NCBI RefSeq assembly: GCF_964355755.1
Contig: NC_092672.1
Coordinates: 29,704,437-29,768,436, forward strand
Length of the DNA: 64,000 bases
Reading direction: 5' to 3'
Origin: Antedon mediterranea
Taxonomy: Eukaryota; Animalia; Echinodermata
Positions 50,222 to 62,080 of the stretch are shown one piece after another. A program made the position numbers and the translations under genes. The number at the start of each line of letters is the position of its first letter. The first letter of the stretch is position 1. The notes beneath the pieces were generated by a model that saw nothing but the letters and a program-made list of their open reading frames with translations, made no database searches and was not told the origin of the DNA.

Positions 50222-52672
50222 ACCTTTACCTTCTGGTCGTCTTTTAGAACCTGATGCTTTATTATCGTCATATTCATCTTTCCTACGTTCTATAAAAATG
50301 TTTTGAATGTTTAAAAACAAATTATAATATAATACATACGGGTAAAACTGCTTTTAAAATACTACATTATAAATATTATGTTAAAATATATTTATTTTCA
50401 AAATTAATGTAACAAACTGTTAGTTGTGATGGTTTGAAGATTATAATTTATAAAGTAATAATAAAAAAATTAAATATCACATGTTTTATACCTTTGTGAC
50501 TTCCACTGCGATGTGGCACATTATCATGATGTACAATTTGTCGAAAAAGATCATCAAATACATCTTTCTTGTCTGGTTCTTTCTATAAAGGTTGTCCAGT
50601 TTCCAATCTGAATGTTACATCCCAAATGTTGGTGTAGTTATACCTTGCCAGATCATAGTGAGCAATAACCCTCTTTAACGCATCTGGATCAACATTTCGC
50701 AGCTTTTTAAACATAAATTTTCGACGCAGTGATATCTTTTCTTCTGTATTTTCAGCGTTATCATTTCTAATATACTGTACTACAAGATCTTCAGCCTTCT
50801 TTAATTCACATAATTTGGTAATCTCCAATAAAAGACTAACATTATTAGGTGTAATTTTACCAGTGGCATGTAATTCATTAAAAAAATCATTTCCAACGAC
50901 ATTCTGTTTTGTGAGGTCTTCTATATATGTAAATGCTCGAATAAGCAGAATTTTAACCATAGCAACCGGTCACCGTCGAAGTGTCTACCAAGATCAGACT
51001 TCAAATTGGTGAACTTTTGATTAGTTTCAAACTCTGCCATTTAAGCCTTTTCTGTCTGAAAAACCAAATTATCAAGAATGTCTAGATATTTATATGAATT
51101 GTTAGCCGATGATTGGTGACTATAAAAAAATCAGTCTATATTATAACGATCAGCATACTATTATTAATAATTATATCATAACATTTAAAATTACTACACA
51201 AACAGTGATAGTAATTACAATAAAGATATAAAAAAACAAAGATGTGGACTATAAATAATTAGTGGCATATATTGGTAATAATAGTTCGGTTATAATTATG
51301 TTTAACAAAATTGTTTGTTGATCCATTGTTGGCCAAGAAACTAGACAAGTCATGGTATAACGAAGAGGTGATAATATAATTGTACATAAAAAATATATAT
51401 ATAATATTTTTTCTTTTGTCTTTTTTTTAAAAGAAATTTGTCAAAATGAGTTTTCTTTGATGCGGACGGGGTCCGCGTTTGGGTGAGGGTGGGTTAGGCT
51501 CTTAGGGGGTCCATGGCGGTTCTATCTATCTGCTCCCGAACATCCCAATAATGTTCTGTTTTTGTAAAAAAAACAAAGACTCCGTTTACCAATCTAGCAA
51601 AATAATAAGTGGCCTATTCCGAATTAGTAATTTGTACAAACGAATTACAGTAACTGTACTTATTTTAGGCTTTTGGGCTTTCGTACTGGATAGACCTTTC
51701 AGTATACCAGCACTTTTAAACTTTCGTTCATACGTTATTATATGAAATTTATAGAGTATTATATTCGTAAAGAAAATGGAAAATTTTTCGACTAAAACAT
51801 TACGTTTTTGTATCATACCATGCTGCTATACATTCAATTTCGAGCAATTGTCAAAATAAATATTTAAAAAATTGCATTTGTTACAAAACACTTTGACCTT
51901 GCATGTTCTTATAAATTCGCATTGCGTCATCATAAATATTCAGAATCTATTTTGGGAAGCAGCCTGATCCAAGACAATCTACAAGTTGCTTTGGTAACCT
52001 ACTACGCAGTCATGAAAATATACCAAATCGGGAAAATTATAAAAAGTAAAAAATTACAGTCTTTTGCTTTTAGTAATACATCTAATTTTTGCAAAACTTT
52101 TCCGTTACATTTATGAAGTGCACTTTTAGTCACACAATCTTTTTTACATTGATATTTATAGACCCAATCTTCACTTTCATACCATGTTACCAAGTTGATC
52201 GATTAGTGTGTGGCCGAGTTGACGCAGGGCTGAGCTAATTTGGGCCGAATTGACATGGGGCCGAGTTGTTTAGGGCTGAATTTACGCGAGGCCAAGTCGA
52301 GATAGTTTAGGGCCGACTTGGATTGAATTCATTTGAAGTATTAATGCATTTATACAGATCATTTGGGTCCTTCTAAATACCTAAGAACTACTGTACCATC
52401 AAAACTAAAACCCACCAAGACGGGTTTCACGAAACCTAAGACCATGAAAACTAAGACCCACTCCTAAGGTAGCGGGACGATTCGGCCCTGAGACGAATCG
52501 TTATTATTCTTTGATTGTTTTTTAGGGTGGGTTACTATTAGAAGGGGAGTGGAGTGGGGGTGGGGTTAACTATTGGAGTAGTGGGTTACTATTAATAATC
52601 TTAAATTAGGCACCTGAAAATAGTAACCCACCCCCAACTTTTCCGGTCAGCAACTCATAGCAAAATAATAAA

Positions 52673-53418
52673 CGCCGTGGTTAGGATTCCGGCACCGGAA
52701 CTCAACTGCCCACCGTTTGGGAATCCGACACGCTATTGCGCATGCCCAGAGATATGGGAAGTGAATTATAGCTTGCACAAATAGTGCCACACCACACCCA
52801 CGCGGAGTGTTATAGGGATTTACTGTAGCCTAGATAGTCGTTGCGCAAGCGAGAGAGCGATGGATGGAACTTGGCCTATGCCATACAAGAATTAATAATT
52901 AAAATACGACTACGCCACGCGTTAAAATAATTATAGGCCTAATGATATTAATAAGTATCAGTATCTATCTAAGAATCGTAATGCTGTTTTTAGCGTTGTG
53001 ACCCTGACTTCCCGAGCAGTTTTTTCACATCCACGCGGTGTCTGCCGTCAACAAATCAACTTGTGATTGCATGTTGTTATGTACAGTATAATGCGTTATG
53101 AAAAATCATAAAACTAGTCATGTAATTATATAATTCATAATGATATGAAGTTTATATATGAATGAAGCAACCACTTTTTAATTACAAAATAAATAGGCCC
53201 ACTGGTCACGTCTAACTGGTAGTCCTAGCCTAGATTAGTGGATCCCGTATTAGTAGGCATCTAGGCTAGTTCGCCGTGTGGCTCAGCTATGAAATGATCC
53301 ATTTCTGACGCTGTTGATATAGAGTCGCCGATTACCTCTCTCTGGGCATGCGCAATAGCGTGTCGGATCCCCTAACGCTGGGCAGTTGAGTTCCGGTGCC
53401 GGAATCCTAACCACGGCG
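52673..53418. mobile_element. Mutator-like MITE, 9-bp TSD AATAATAAA, copy B only
   Basis: ~80-bp TIR CGCCGTGGTTAGGATTCCGGCACCGGAACTCAACTGCCCA; empty site in copy A at ~16645. Confidence 0.9.
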
Positions 53419-54089
53419 AATAATAAAACAGACGTACAAATAAACAAATTTGGTTGAATTATTTTATAAACTCAAAAACACTCAATCCCCCCCCCCCCCC
53501 ACACCACTCTTGAGATCAACATGCATTATCTCTTATTATTTTCAAAATACGGCTGCATCATGCCATGGGTTACTATTAGAGTATGGGGATATTAGGGCCT
53601 ACTATAGATTGACTTATAAGGTGGGTCACTATTAGAAAGGGGGTTACTATTAGAGTGTGGGTTACTATTAGAAGATTTACGGTATGAATTTGGTCTAATG
53701 TGAGACGTTTCGGCCCACACAGTCGGATGTTTCGGCCCAAAAGTGGCCCAAATCGTCCTACGAAAAGTGGGTCGAATCGTCCCGGGCCGTATCGTCTCAG
53801 AGCCGAATCGTCCCAGAGTCCATAAGACCTAAGATCACGAAACCCAAGACCCAAGACCTTGTCGTTCCCTTTCGCACCTGTCTTGTATTTTAACTCTAAA
53901 TGTGTTAACCAACTTTATCCTGAATACCACATCATACTACTTTTATGAAGAAGAATCAATAAAATAACAAACAATAAATAAGATTTTAAAGACGTTTTTT
54001 TCGTGCGAATTCTATGTTGAGGTGTATATTCAGAGCGTCATTCTGACGGTCACACTCAAGTACTTCAGAAATAGAAATAGTACTACGGT

Positions 54090-55310
54090 AACTGTTCAAG
54101 CGGACCCAATTTAGCACCAGAGGAGCACAGTGATATAAAATAGATATAGGCCTAAGTCACTAATTTTAATATCGTTTCGTATGTTAATACAATGTGCTCC
54201 AGTGGACCCAATTTGGCGTCAGTGGAGCACAGTGATATAAATAGAAACAAGTCACTGGATTTTAATATCTTTTCGTATGTTAATACACTGTGCTAAGTGG
54301 AACCAATTTGTCGCCAGGGGAGCACAGTGATATAAAATAGAAACAATTCACTGAATTTTAATATCTTTTCGTATGTTAATACACTATGCTCACGTGGAAC
54401 CAATTTGGCGCCAGTGAGCACAGTGATATAAAATAGAAAAAAGTCAGTCACTAAATTTTAGGCCTAATATCTTTTCGTATGTTAATACACTGTGCTCAAG
54501 AAGCTTAAAAGATATATCACATCCAAGTATTAATTTTTATTATATTACATTTTATGATAATAATTTTAATGATGAGTAACAAGAAGAAGACGATTCAATT
54601 CTTTATTTATACCAAAATTGTTTTTTGTTGTTGTTATTTTACTTATTTAGTTTAACCCATGTTAGGCCTATGTAAATTTTTTATATTGTTATTTCTTAAT
54701 TTTTTTCATTTATTTATTTATTTATTTATTTTCTTTTTCCGTGTTGTTTTTATCTAATCTTTGTTTAGGCATGTCTGTCACAAGCTTTTTGCTTTTTTGA
54801 TCATGCCTTCTTCAATCATATTACCTTTCTTTACACCATTTTGTTGACTGTTTTATTTTGAAGAAAATAAATGTTACTTTGAATTGAATTGAATTGAATT
54901 GAATTGAATTGAATTGAATTTGGCACTAGTGGAGCACAGTGATATAACATAGAAATAAAGTCAATAAATTTTAATATTTTTTCGTATGTTAAGCATGCAT
55001 GAAATATTTATTGAAAGCTTAGCTTAAAATATTGTTTAGTATTTATTATGCATTTTTTCTTCAAGGAGAAATAATAATAATTTTTAATTTGTGAAACATT
55101 GTGCTCAAGTGGACCAAAATTGGCACCAGTGGAGCACAGTAATATAAATTAGAAATAAGTCACTGAACGTTAATATCTTTTCATATGTTAATACACTGTG
55201 CTCCAGTGGACCCGCCCAATTAAGTTGACTATATATTTGTGTATTTGTGTATGTTAATACACTGTGCTCCCGTGGATTCAATTTGGCGCCAGTGGTGTAG
55301 CACAGCGAAA
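54090..55310. repeat. Copy-B version of the ~97-bp hairpin minisatellite, interrupted by a LINE 3' end
   Basis: Same units as 19570-20445. Confidence 0.85.
54500..54920 (+). mobile_element. 5'-truncated LINE 3' UTR with (GAATT)n tail, copy B only
   Basis: T-rich UTR, GGCATG..CAAGCTTTTTGCTT..CATGCC stem-loop, AATAAA, microsatellite tail; architecture like 15905-16153. Confidence 0.7.
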
Positions 55311-55814
55311 TAGTCACATACAAAAACATCGAGAAAAAATACTTCTGGATTTCAAAAATATTTCAAACTTGGTATATTATAAATAAATAAATATCGGTTA
55401 CTCCATCTGTATTGGTATTTTATTTTTTATAAATTCTGTACTAAAATAAACTGGAAACGTGTATGCATGGTCATTTCAACTTTTTGTATTAGTAATATAC
55501 ATTTTGAACGTGGAAATATTCTCTTTCAGATGTGCACTACATTTAATTTTTATTTAGGTATATTGTTAACTTAATAACTTATAAAATATCACTCTGTGCC
55601 AATGGAAGAATTATGGAATTGTTAGGACTTGATTCCCACTGCAATTGTTTGTTATCAACTGTATGAACGTGTAATTTGAACAAGGGTGTCGGCAACCCAG
55701 GTCCTCTATCGCGACAGCTGCGTCCTCCGTCGGACAAAAGATCAAGTCTACCCCTGGTGCAACCACCGATCTAAGCTCCCACCGATAGCAATAACATTAA
55801 CAAGTAATGTAACT

Positions 55815-58071
55815 CTTCCCTGGTTTAAATTAACCTGTATTCAAAATAGAATGACTACAATATATAAGTGTCACTTCCTCCTACGACGCGAGTTAGTGTA
55901 TAACTTTGCTTATGAATACAGCGGTAGTTTTTCCAAACTTTTTAAAAATGTAAAACCTTTGGCTCGAATCACACCTCCATGCTCGAATAAACAAATACTT
56001 TATTTGTACAAGACCTTGATTATTTTGACGGAAATTGCGCCTGGTGAACTTCATAAGTAAATCATGTCGTCATTAGACCCCTCAATGACCGTGTTCGTAC
56101 GGCGATTGAAATACACGTTTATTTGGTTTTTACCCTTGGGGTAAAACCCATACGACGTTCGTACGAATAAACAAAGTACCGGTAAGCTGACACGAAACCA
56201 ATTAAGATCGGAATTCTTAGGTCAAAAAGCGCCCTCTGTGCGTCGACCCATATCAATTGACATGGCGTGTTGACAAATTCAACTGGATATTGCATGTCGT
56301 TTCGCGCGCGAATCGTTCAATTATTATTTTTCAATCGACAACCAGACCTATATATTTATAATACATCGAATACAATTTACTTTTTAAATAAATAATGATC
56401 GAAAATCCTGCTAACGTATGTTGTTTGTTGACCACGTGTGTTTATCGTGCGAGCCGAACTATTGTTGTGGAAATTCCATTTAATGTACAAGCACTGTACC
56501 CCTCTTGTAAAAATCACCACGTGTATTTATCGTGCGAGCCGAACTATTGTTGTGGAAATTCCATTTAATGTACACGCACTGTACCCCTCTTGTAAAAATC
56601 ACCACGTGTATTTATCGTGCGAGCCGAACTATTGTTGTGAAAATTCCATTTAATGTACACGCACTGTACCCCTCTTGTAAAAATCACCACGTGTATTCAT
56701 CGTGCGAGCCGAACTATTGTTGTAAAAATTCCATTTAACACGCACTGTACCCCTCTTATCGTGCGAGCCGAACGGTTGATGTGGTAATTCACAGACACCA
56801 GGCTACCACAATACAGAACTCCCTGACGTTACATGTACATTATAAGCCACCGATTCGCAAGTTCAGGTCACCGGAAAAAAACCAACGAAAAAATGAATTT
56901 TGTCAATACAAAATGAATTTTGTGTTGACAAAATGAATTTTGTATTGACAAAATTAATTATGTGTAGACAAAATTGTAATATTTCGACAAAATTAGCAAT
57001 GTCCCAAACGGCGCCCCGTACTTCCCTGGTTTAAATTAACCTGTATTCAAAATAGAATGACTACAATATATAAGTGTCACTTCCTCCTACGACGCGAGTT
57101 AGTGTATAACTTTGCTTATGAATACAGCGGTAGTTTTTCCAAACTTTTTAAAAATGTAAAACCTTTGGCTCGAATCACACCTCCATGCTCGAATAAACAA
57201 ATACTTTATTTGTACAAGACCTTGATTATTTTGACGGAAATTGCGCCTGGTGAACTTCATAAGTAAATCATGTCGTCATTAGACCCCTCAATGACCGTGT
57301 TCGTACGGCGATTGAAATACACGTTTATTTGGTTTTTACCCTTGGGGTAAAACCCATACGACGTTCGTACGAATAAACAAAGTACCGGTAAGCTGACACG
57401 AAACCAATTAAGATCGGAATTCTTAGGTCAAAAAGCGCCCTCTGTGCGTCGACCCATATCAATTGACATGGCGTGTTGACAAATTCAACTGGATATTGCA
57501 TGTCGTTTCGCGCGCGAATCGTTCAATTATTATTTTTCAATCGACAACCAGACCTATATATTTATAATACATCGAATACAATTTACTTTTTAAATAAATA
57601 ATGATCGAAAACCCTGCTAACGTATGTTGTTTGTTGACCACGTGTGTTTATCGTGCGAGCCGAACTATTGTTGTGGAAATTCCATTTAATGTACAAGCAC
57701 TGTACCCCTCTTGTAAAAATCACCACGTGTATTTATCGTGCGAGCCGAACTATTGTTGTGGAAATTCCATTTAATGTACACGCACTGTACCCCTCTTGTA
57801 AAAATCACCACGTGTATTTATCGTGCGAGCCGAACTATTGTTGTGAAAATTCCATTTAATGTACACGCACTGTACCCCTCTTGTAAAAATCACCACGTGT
57901 ATTCATCGTGCGAGCCGAACTATTGTTGTAAAAATTCCATTTAACACGCACTGTACCCCTCTTATCGTGCGAGCCGAACGGTTGATGTGGTAATTCACAG
58001 ACACCAGGCTACCACAATACAGAACTCCCTGACGTTACATGTACATTATAAGCCACCGATTCGCAAGTTCA
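55815..58071 (+). repeat. Direct duplication of ~1050 bp (55815-56865 = 57021-58071, offset 1206) separated by a 155-bp transposon-end-like spacer
   Basis: Identical spurious ORFs at offset 1206 (56438/57644, 56532/57738). Confidence 0.92.
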
Positions 58072-58625
58072 ACAATAGTTCGTCTCGCACGATAAATAAT
58101 ACACGTGGTGATTTTTACAAGAGGGGTACAGTGCGTGTACATTAAATGGAATTTCCACAACAATAGTTCGACTCGCACGATAAATACACGTGGTGATTTT
58201 TACAAGAGGGGTACAGTGCGTGTACATTAAATGGAATTTCCACAACAATAGTTCGGCTCGCACGATAAATACACGTGGTCAACAAACAACATACGTTAGC
58301 AGGATTTTCGGTCATTGTTTATTTAAAAAGTAAATTGTATTCGATGTATTATAAATATATAGGTCTGGTTGTCGATTGAAAAATAATTATTGAACGATTC
58401 GCGCGCGAAACGACATGCAATATCCAGTTGAATTTGTCAACACGCCATGTCAATTGATATGGGTCGACGCACAGAGGGCGCTTTTTTGACCTAAGAATTC
58501 CGATCTTAATTGGTTTCGTGTCAGCTTACCGGTACTTTGTTTATTCGTACGAACGTCGTATGGGTTTTACCCCAAGGGTAAAAACCAAATAAACGTGTAT
58601 TTCAATCGCCGTACGAACACGGTCA
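56086..58625. mobile_element. Foldback element with ~550-bp inverted arms and an internal 85-bp minisatellite; left arm duplicated; copy B only
   Basis: TGACCGTGTTCGTACGGCGATTG at 56086 and 57292, reverse complement ending 58625; 85-bp units at 56446, 56531, 56616, 56701. Confidence 0.88.
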
Positions 58626-61600
58626 CTATAGTATTTAGTAACTACAGTATAACTTCACAGACGTTGCACATTGACAATACCCAGTATGGAATTTCATGAT
58701 TATAAACCAGTTTGTGTTTGTAATGGCATACCAGTTGTATTGTACTGTACTCTATGACTTAAGGCCTCCTTGATTGTATATAAACTGCAAGTCATGAGGA
58801 AATAAATTAAATACATTTTCATTGTTTATATCAAGTCATCATTTTGTTTAAAAATATTTTTGAATTGGACATTTTATTTACTTTTATCAACAATTGAGCA
58901 ACAATTTTTACAAGCGAAATCATTAATTCACTTAATTTTTTCCCGTCAATGTACAGTGAATAAATGTATTAAAACTACAAAATGTCCTATTCAATTCATT
59001 TGATTTAATTTATGTTTAGCGGGAATACAGACATTAGTTTTAGGGTATGGAGAGGATTTGGGGATTGTAAAATAGCTTAATCTAAATTCACAAGTAACCT
59101 ATTATATAGACTATCTAAATAGTATTGATCTCAGAAATTGAGAAACTCATTTGCTCAGAGTCAAACACCCATAATATAAATATTAATAATGATATAAATA
59201 AATATAATTTAATTTTAAAAGGCCAAACATTAAAATGAATACCCATGTTAATGATTGGAACAAAATAATTGAAATTCAAACTAAGTGTGAATTTGTTTAA
59301 ATATCAATCCGCTAGTGAGGTACTTACAAGGTTTTTAGACAAGTCCGTATGCGAATAAAAAATAATAAAAGAGGGAATGGACCGGAAACAATTTCGACAA
59401 CATAAAATGAAAAATATACATTAGATCATGGAATATAGTGACATATTACTCTTCCCATGATTATTTCAAAATCTTTGGATCTGCCACTGCCATCATAATG
59501 CCTGATTTTTAAATACAATAAAACAAAGGTTTAAAGCATAAATCAATTGACTTCGGTATGATGATAAATTATTATACCAAAATTAGATTTCTACAAACTA
59601 AAAAAAATGCGTTGTCTAGAGGCAGTATAATAATTATAATACTTGTATTCCAAGAGGCCATGTTTATGCAGAATCTCTTTGTCTCTGTAATGTAGTAATG
59701 TAATGTTTACAAATACAGGATCATTGGCATATGCAGCTTTTTAATATTATATTCTTAATGGCCCTATTACTACAATAGGGTTAGTTGTATTTGTTGGAAG
59801 TGAAATGATTGTTGGTATATCTTATGCAATTCCAGATCATCAAACGAAGAGGTCATGTGATGCAAACAAAACAATATTATGACCGAAACTAAATATTCGT
59901 AACTCATCAAACTTACTGTATTTATTTGTTTTCTGTTAAATAATTATTGATTTTGTAGTTTGTTGATGACAGAACAGTATGGTTTGAATTGTAAGTTTAT
60001 TTTATTGTGTACATACAGGTAAAACAGCAGTCATGATATTTATATAATGCTTTAGTGAAGTTTTAATATATATCCCCAAGCGTTAGACAAAGAGGCTAAT
60101 GGTTAGTAGGTCTATGCCCAATATTAATTATTTCTTATCAGTATTGAGAAAATATACCTGACCTCTTATTTCTACAAACTGACATAATAGTATGATGCCA
60201 CAGTTTATACTTCATTTTACTCAACATAGTATAATTAAAAACTGAATGCAATTGAAGTGTGCTACGGTAAAGTAGCCAATGCAAACAGCTTGAAAAAACT
60301 TTACATACGGTACCTGGTGATTCTGGAAAGAATCCTGTCGCCATTAGACTTAGTGATTTTGAATGAACTAGAAACTAGTTAATAACTTCACGCACATTGC
60401 ACACTGACAATACTGTAATACACAGAGGAATAGTTGTGTTTGTTATATTGGATTGTATGGTAGATTGAACACGGACAAAATGATTGATATTTAAATCAAG
60501 TAGGAATGTATGTTGGTACCAATCTGTGAGTGAGGGCGGTGTTTTTCGACCAATTTTGAACACGGAAAAATGATTGATGTTTAAATTCAGAGTTTTTCGG
60601 ACCTAGAGAGATAGATGCCATGTGTTGCGCCTATCCAGAAGAAAGGGACTACCTGTACATTTATATGTATTTTATGTTGTGTCGCTGGTGCACAATAATT
60701 AAAATATGAAGGTGTTAGCAAAATGAATGAAATTACTTTGGCTACAAGCAGTGTTTGTTGAAGGCATGGTGAAGGGATTTCAATGTACTGATACATGTCT
60801 TGAACTGTTTTGATGTTGCACATAATGTTGTGTTACGTTCCTGTGCTTGGAAGATGACTGTAGTTGATGAAGGAATCTAGTGGTGAGAGGATGCAGATAC
60901 AATACAATCTCCATCTGGAGAGGCCTGCTTTATTTTCGTAACAACACAAGAGCCTGGGGGGATTTACTACAAATTAAACACAATTTGAATATCAAAAGAC
61001 AGTTATTTATAGCACACATTTATTTTACAGTTTAAATGGTATTTTGATCACGATAAAAAAAACACTCCATTTCATTTAGACCATTTTCTTTCACTCTCGA
61101 AACTTATAGCGAAGGTAACATTGTCTTAAAAAAACTTCATACCATATGTCTGCGCATATAAATGATTTTGGTCGTATTTGATGACACTGTCTCTAAAACC
61201 GTGTCTTAATGGTATGCTACTTTGATAATCTAATTAGTTATAATTAATATTATATTAACCTTATAATATTCACAATTACGGATTCTCCTTCTAAAACATG
61301 TCTATAATTACAGCTATAAACTGGTGTATTTTAAAATAAAATGTAATTGTTTTTCTCGATGCCATTAGTCGAACTAGGATTGCTAATTTCTGTACGCACT
61401 TCCATACAGGGTATTAGAATTCATAAAAGTTATCATTGTCCTACCAAAAACTCAGTTACATAGGGAACGACAGAGTATCCTTTTGAACGAAAGCACTCGT
61501 TTTAACATACCCAGGTAGCAAGCCCATATGGGAACCATTATGGGACCTATATTAAAGCTTATGGGTACCATATGGGTTTCCCATATGGGGTTCCACTATT

Positions 61601-62080
61601 TTTACACCCAAGAACCATGTGGGTTCCACATTGGAAAGCCCACATAGCCCATATATAACCCACATAGGCCCATATTTCAAAGCACATGGGCATTGTATTT
61701 TGTTGCCCATATGGGATTCTTCATGTTTTGACACATGGGTACGTTCTGATAATTTCTACTATACCTATACAGTATATAAGAAGCCAATTAAAAGGATATT
61801 TTAAAATAATTGCATGCAATATAACAGAATTAAGGATTTGGAGCATTACATGACATAAATGACATGACTTTGGACGTCCTGACATCAGAGCTGCTCGCTC
61901 GAATGTTTACCATGCAAAAATATCTTTTCTATAGCCAACGTATAATAGCGTTTTTCTTTAAACATAGTATTTTAATACCACAGAATACTGGAATTTATTT
62001 TCATCGACGTAGCATACCCCAATTATGATAATCATAACTCAAAAGCACTGATCTTGAGTTTAGTCAGTGCCCAGGTTTAA

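Larger units (their letters stand above)
39902..51040 (-). pseudogene. NLR-B: paralogous tandem-DED/NACHT/LRR gene, disabled; exons 51040-50492, 50289-50230, 49009-48950, 47574-47542, 45208-39902
   Basis: ATG at 51040 (MAEFETNQKFTNLKSDL); +2 nt TA frameshift at ~50922-50928; TCG>TAG stop at 50583-50585 where copy A reads Ser; MITE at 40529-41669 interrupts LRR unit 11. The NACHT-LRR frame is otherwise open. Confidence 0.85.
34118..62080 (+). repeat. Segmental duplication copy B (may continue beyond the TTAA insertion at 62081)
   Basis: Anchors: 34118~3628, 38430~3768, 52200~16220, 55400~20530, 59000~22110, 62070~25330. Confidence 0.92.

Noticed and set aside
56440-58270. CRISPR-like array or small repeated proteins (68-71 aa ORFs)
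   Set aside because: An 85-bp tandem minisatellite inside foldback arms, with no spacers; the ORFs are by-products of the repeat.
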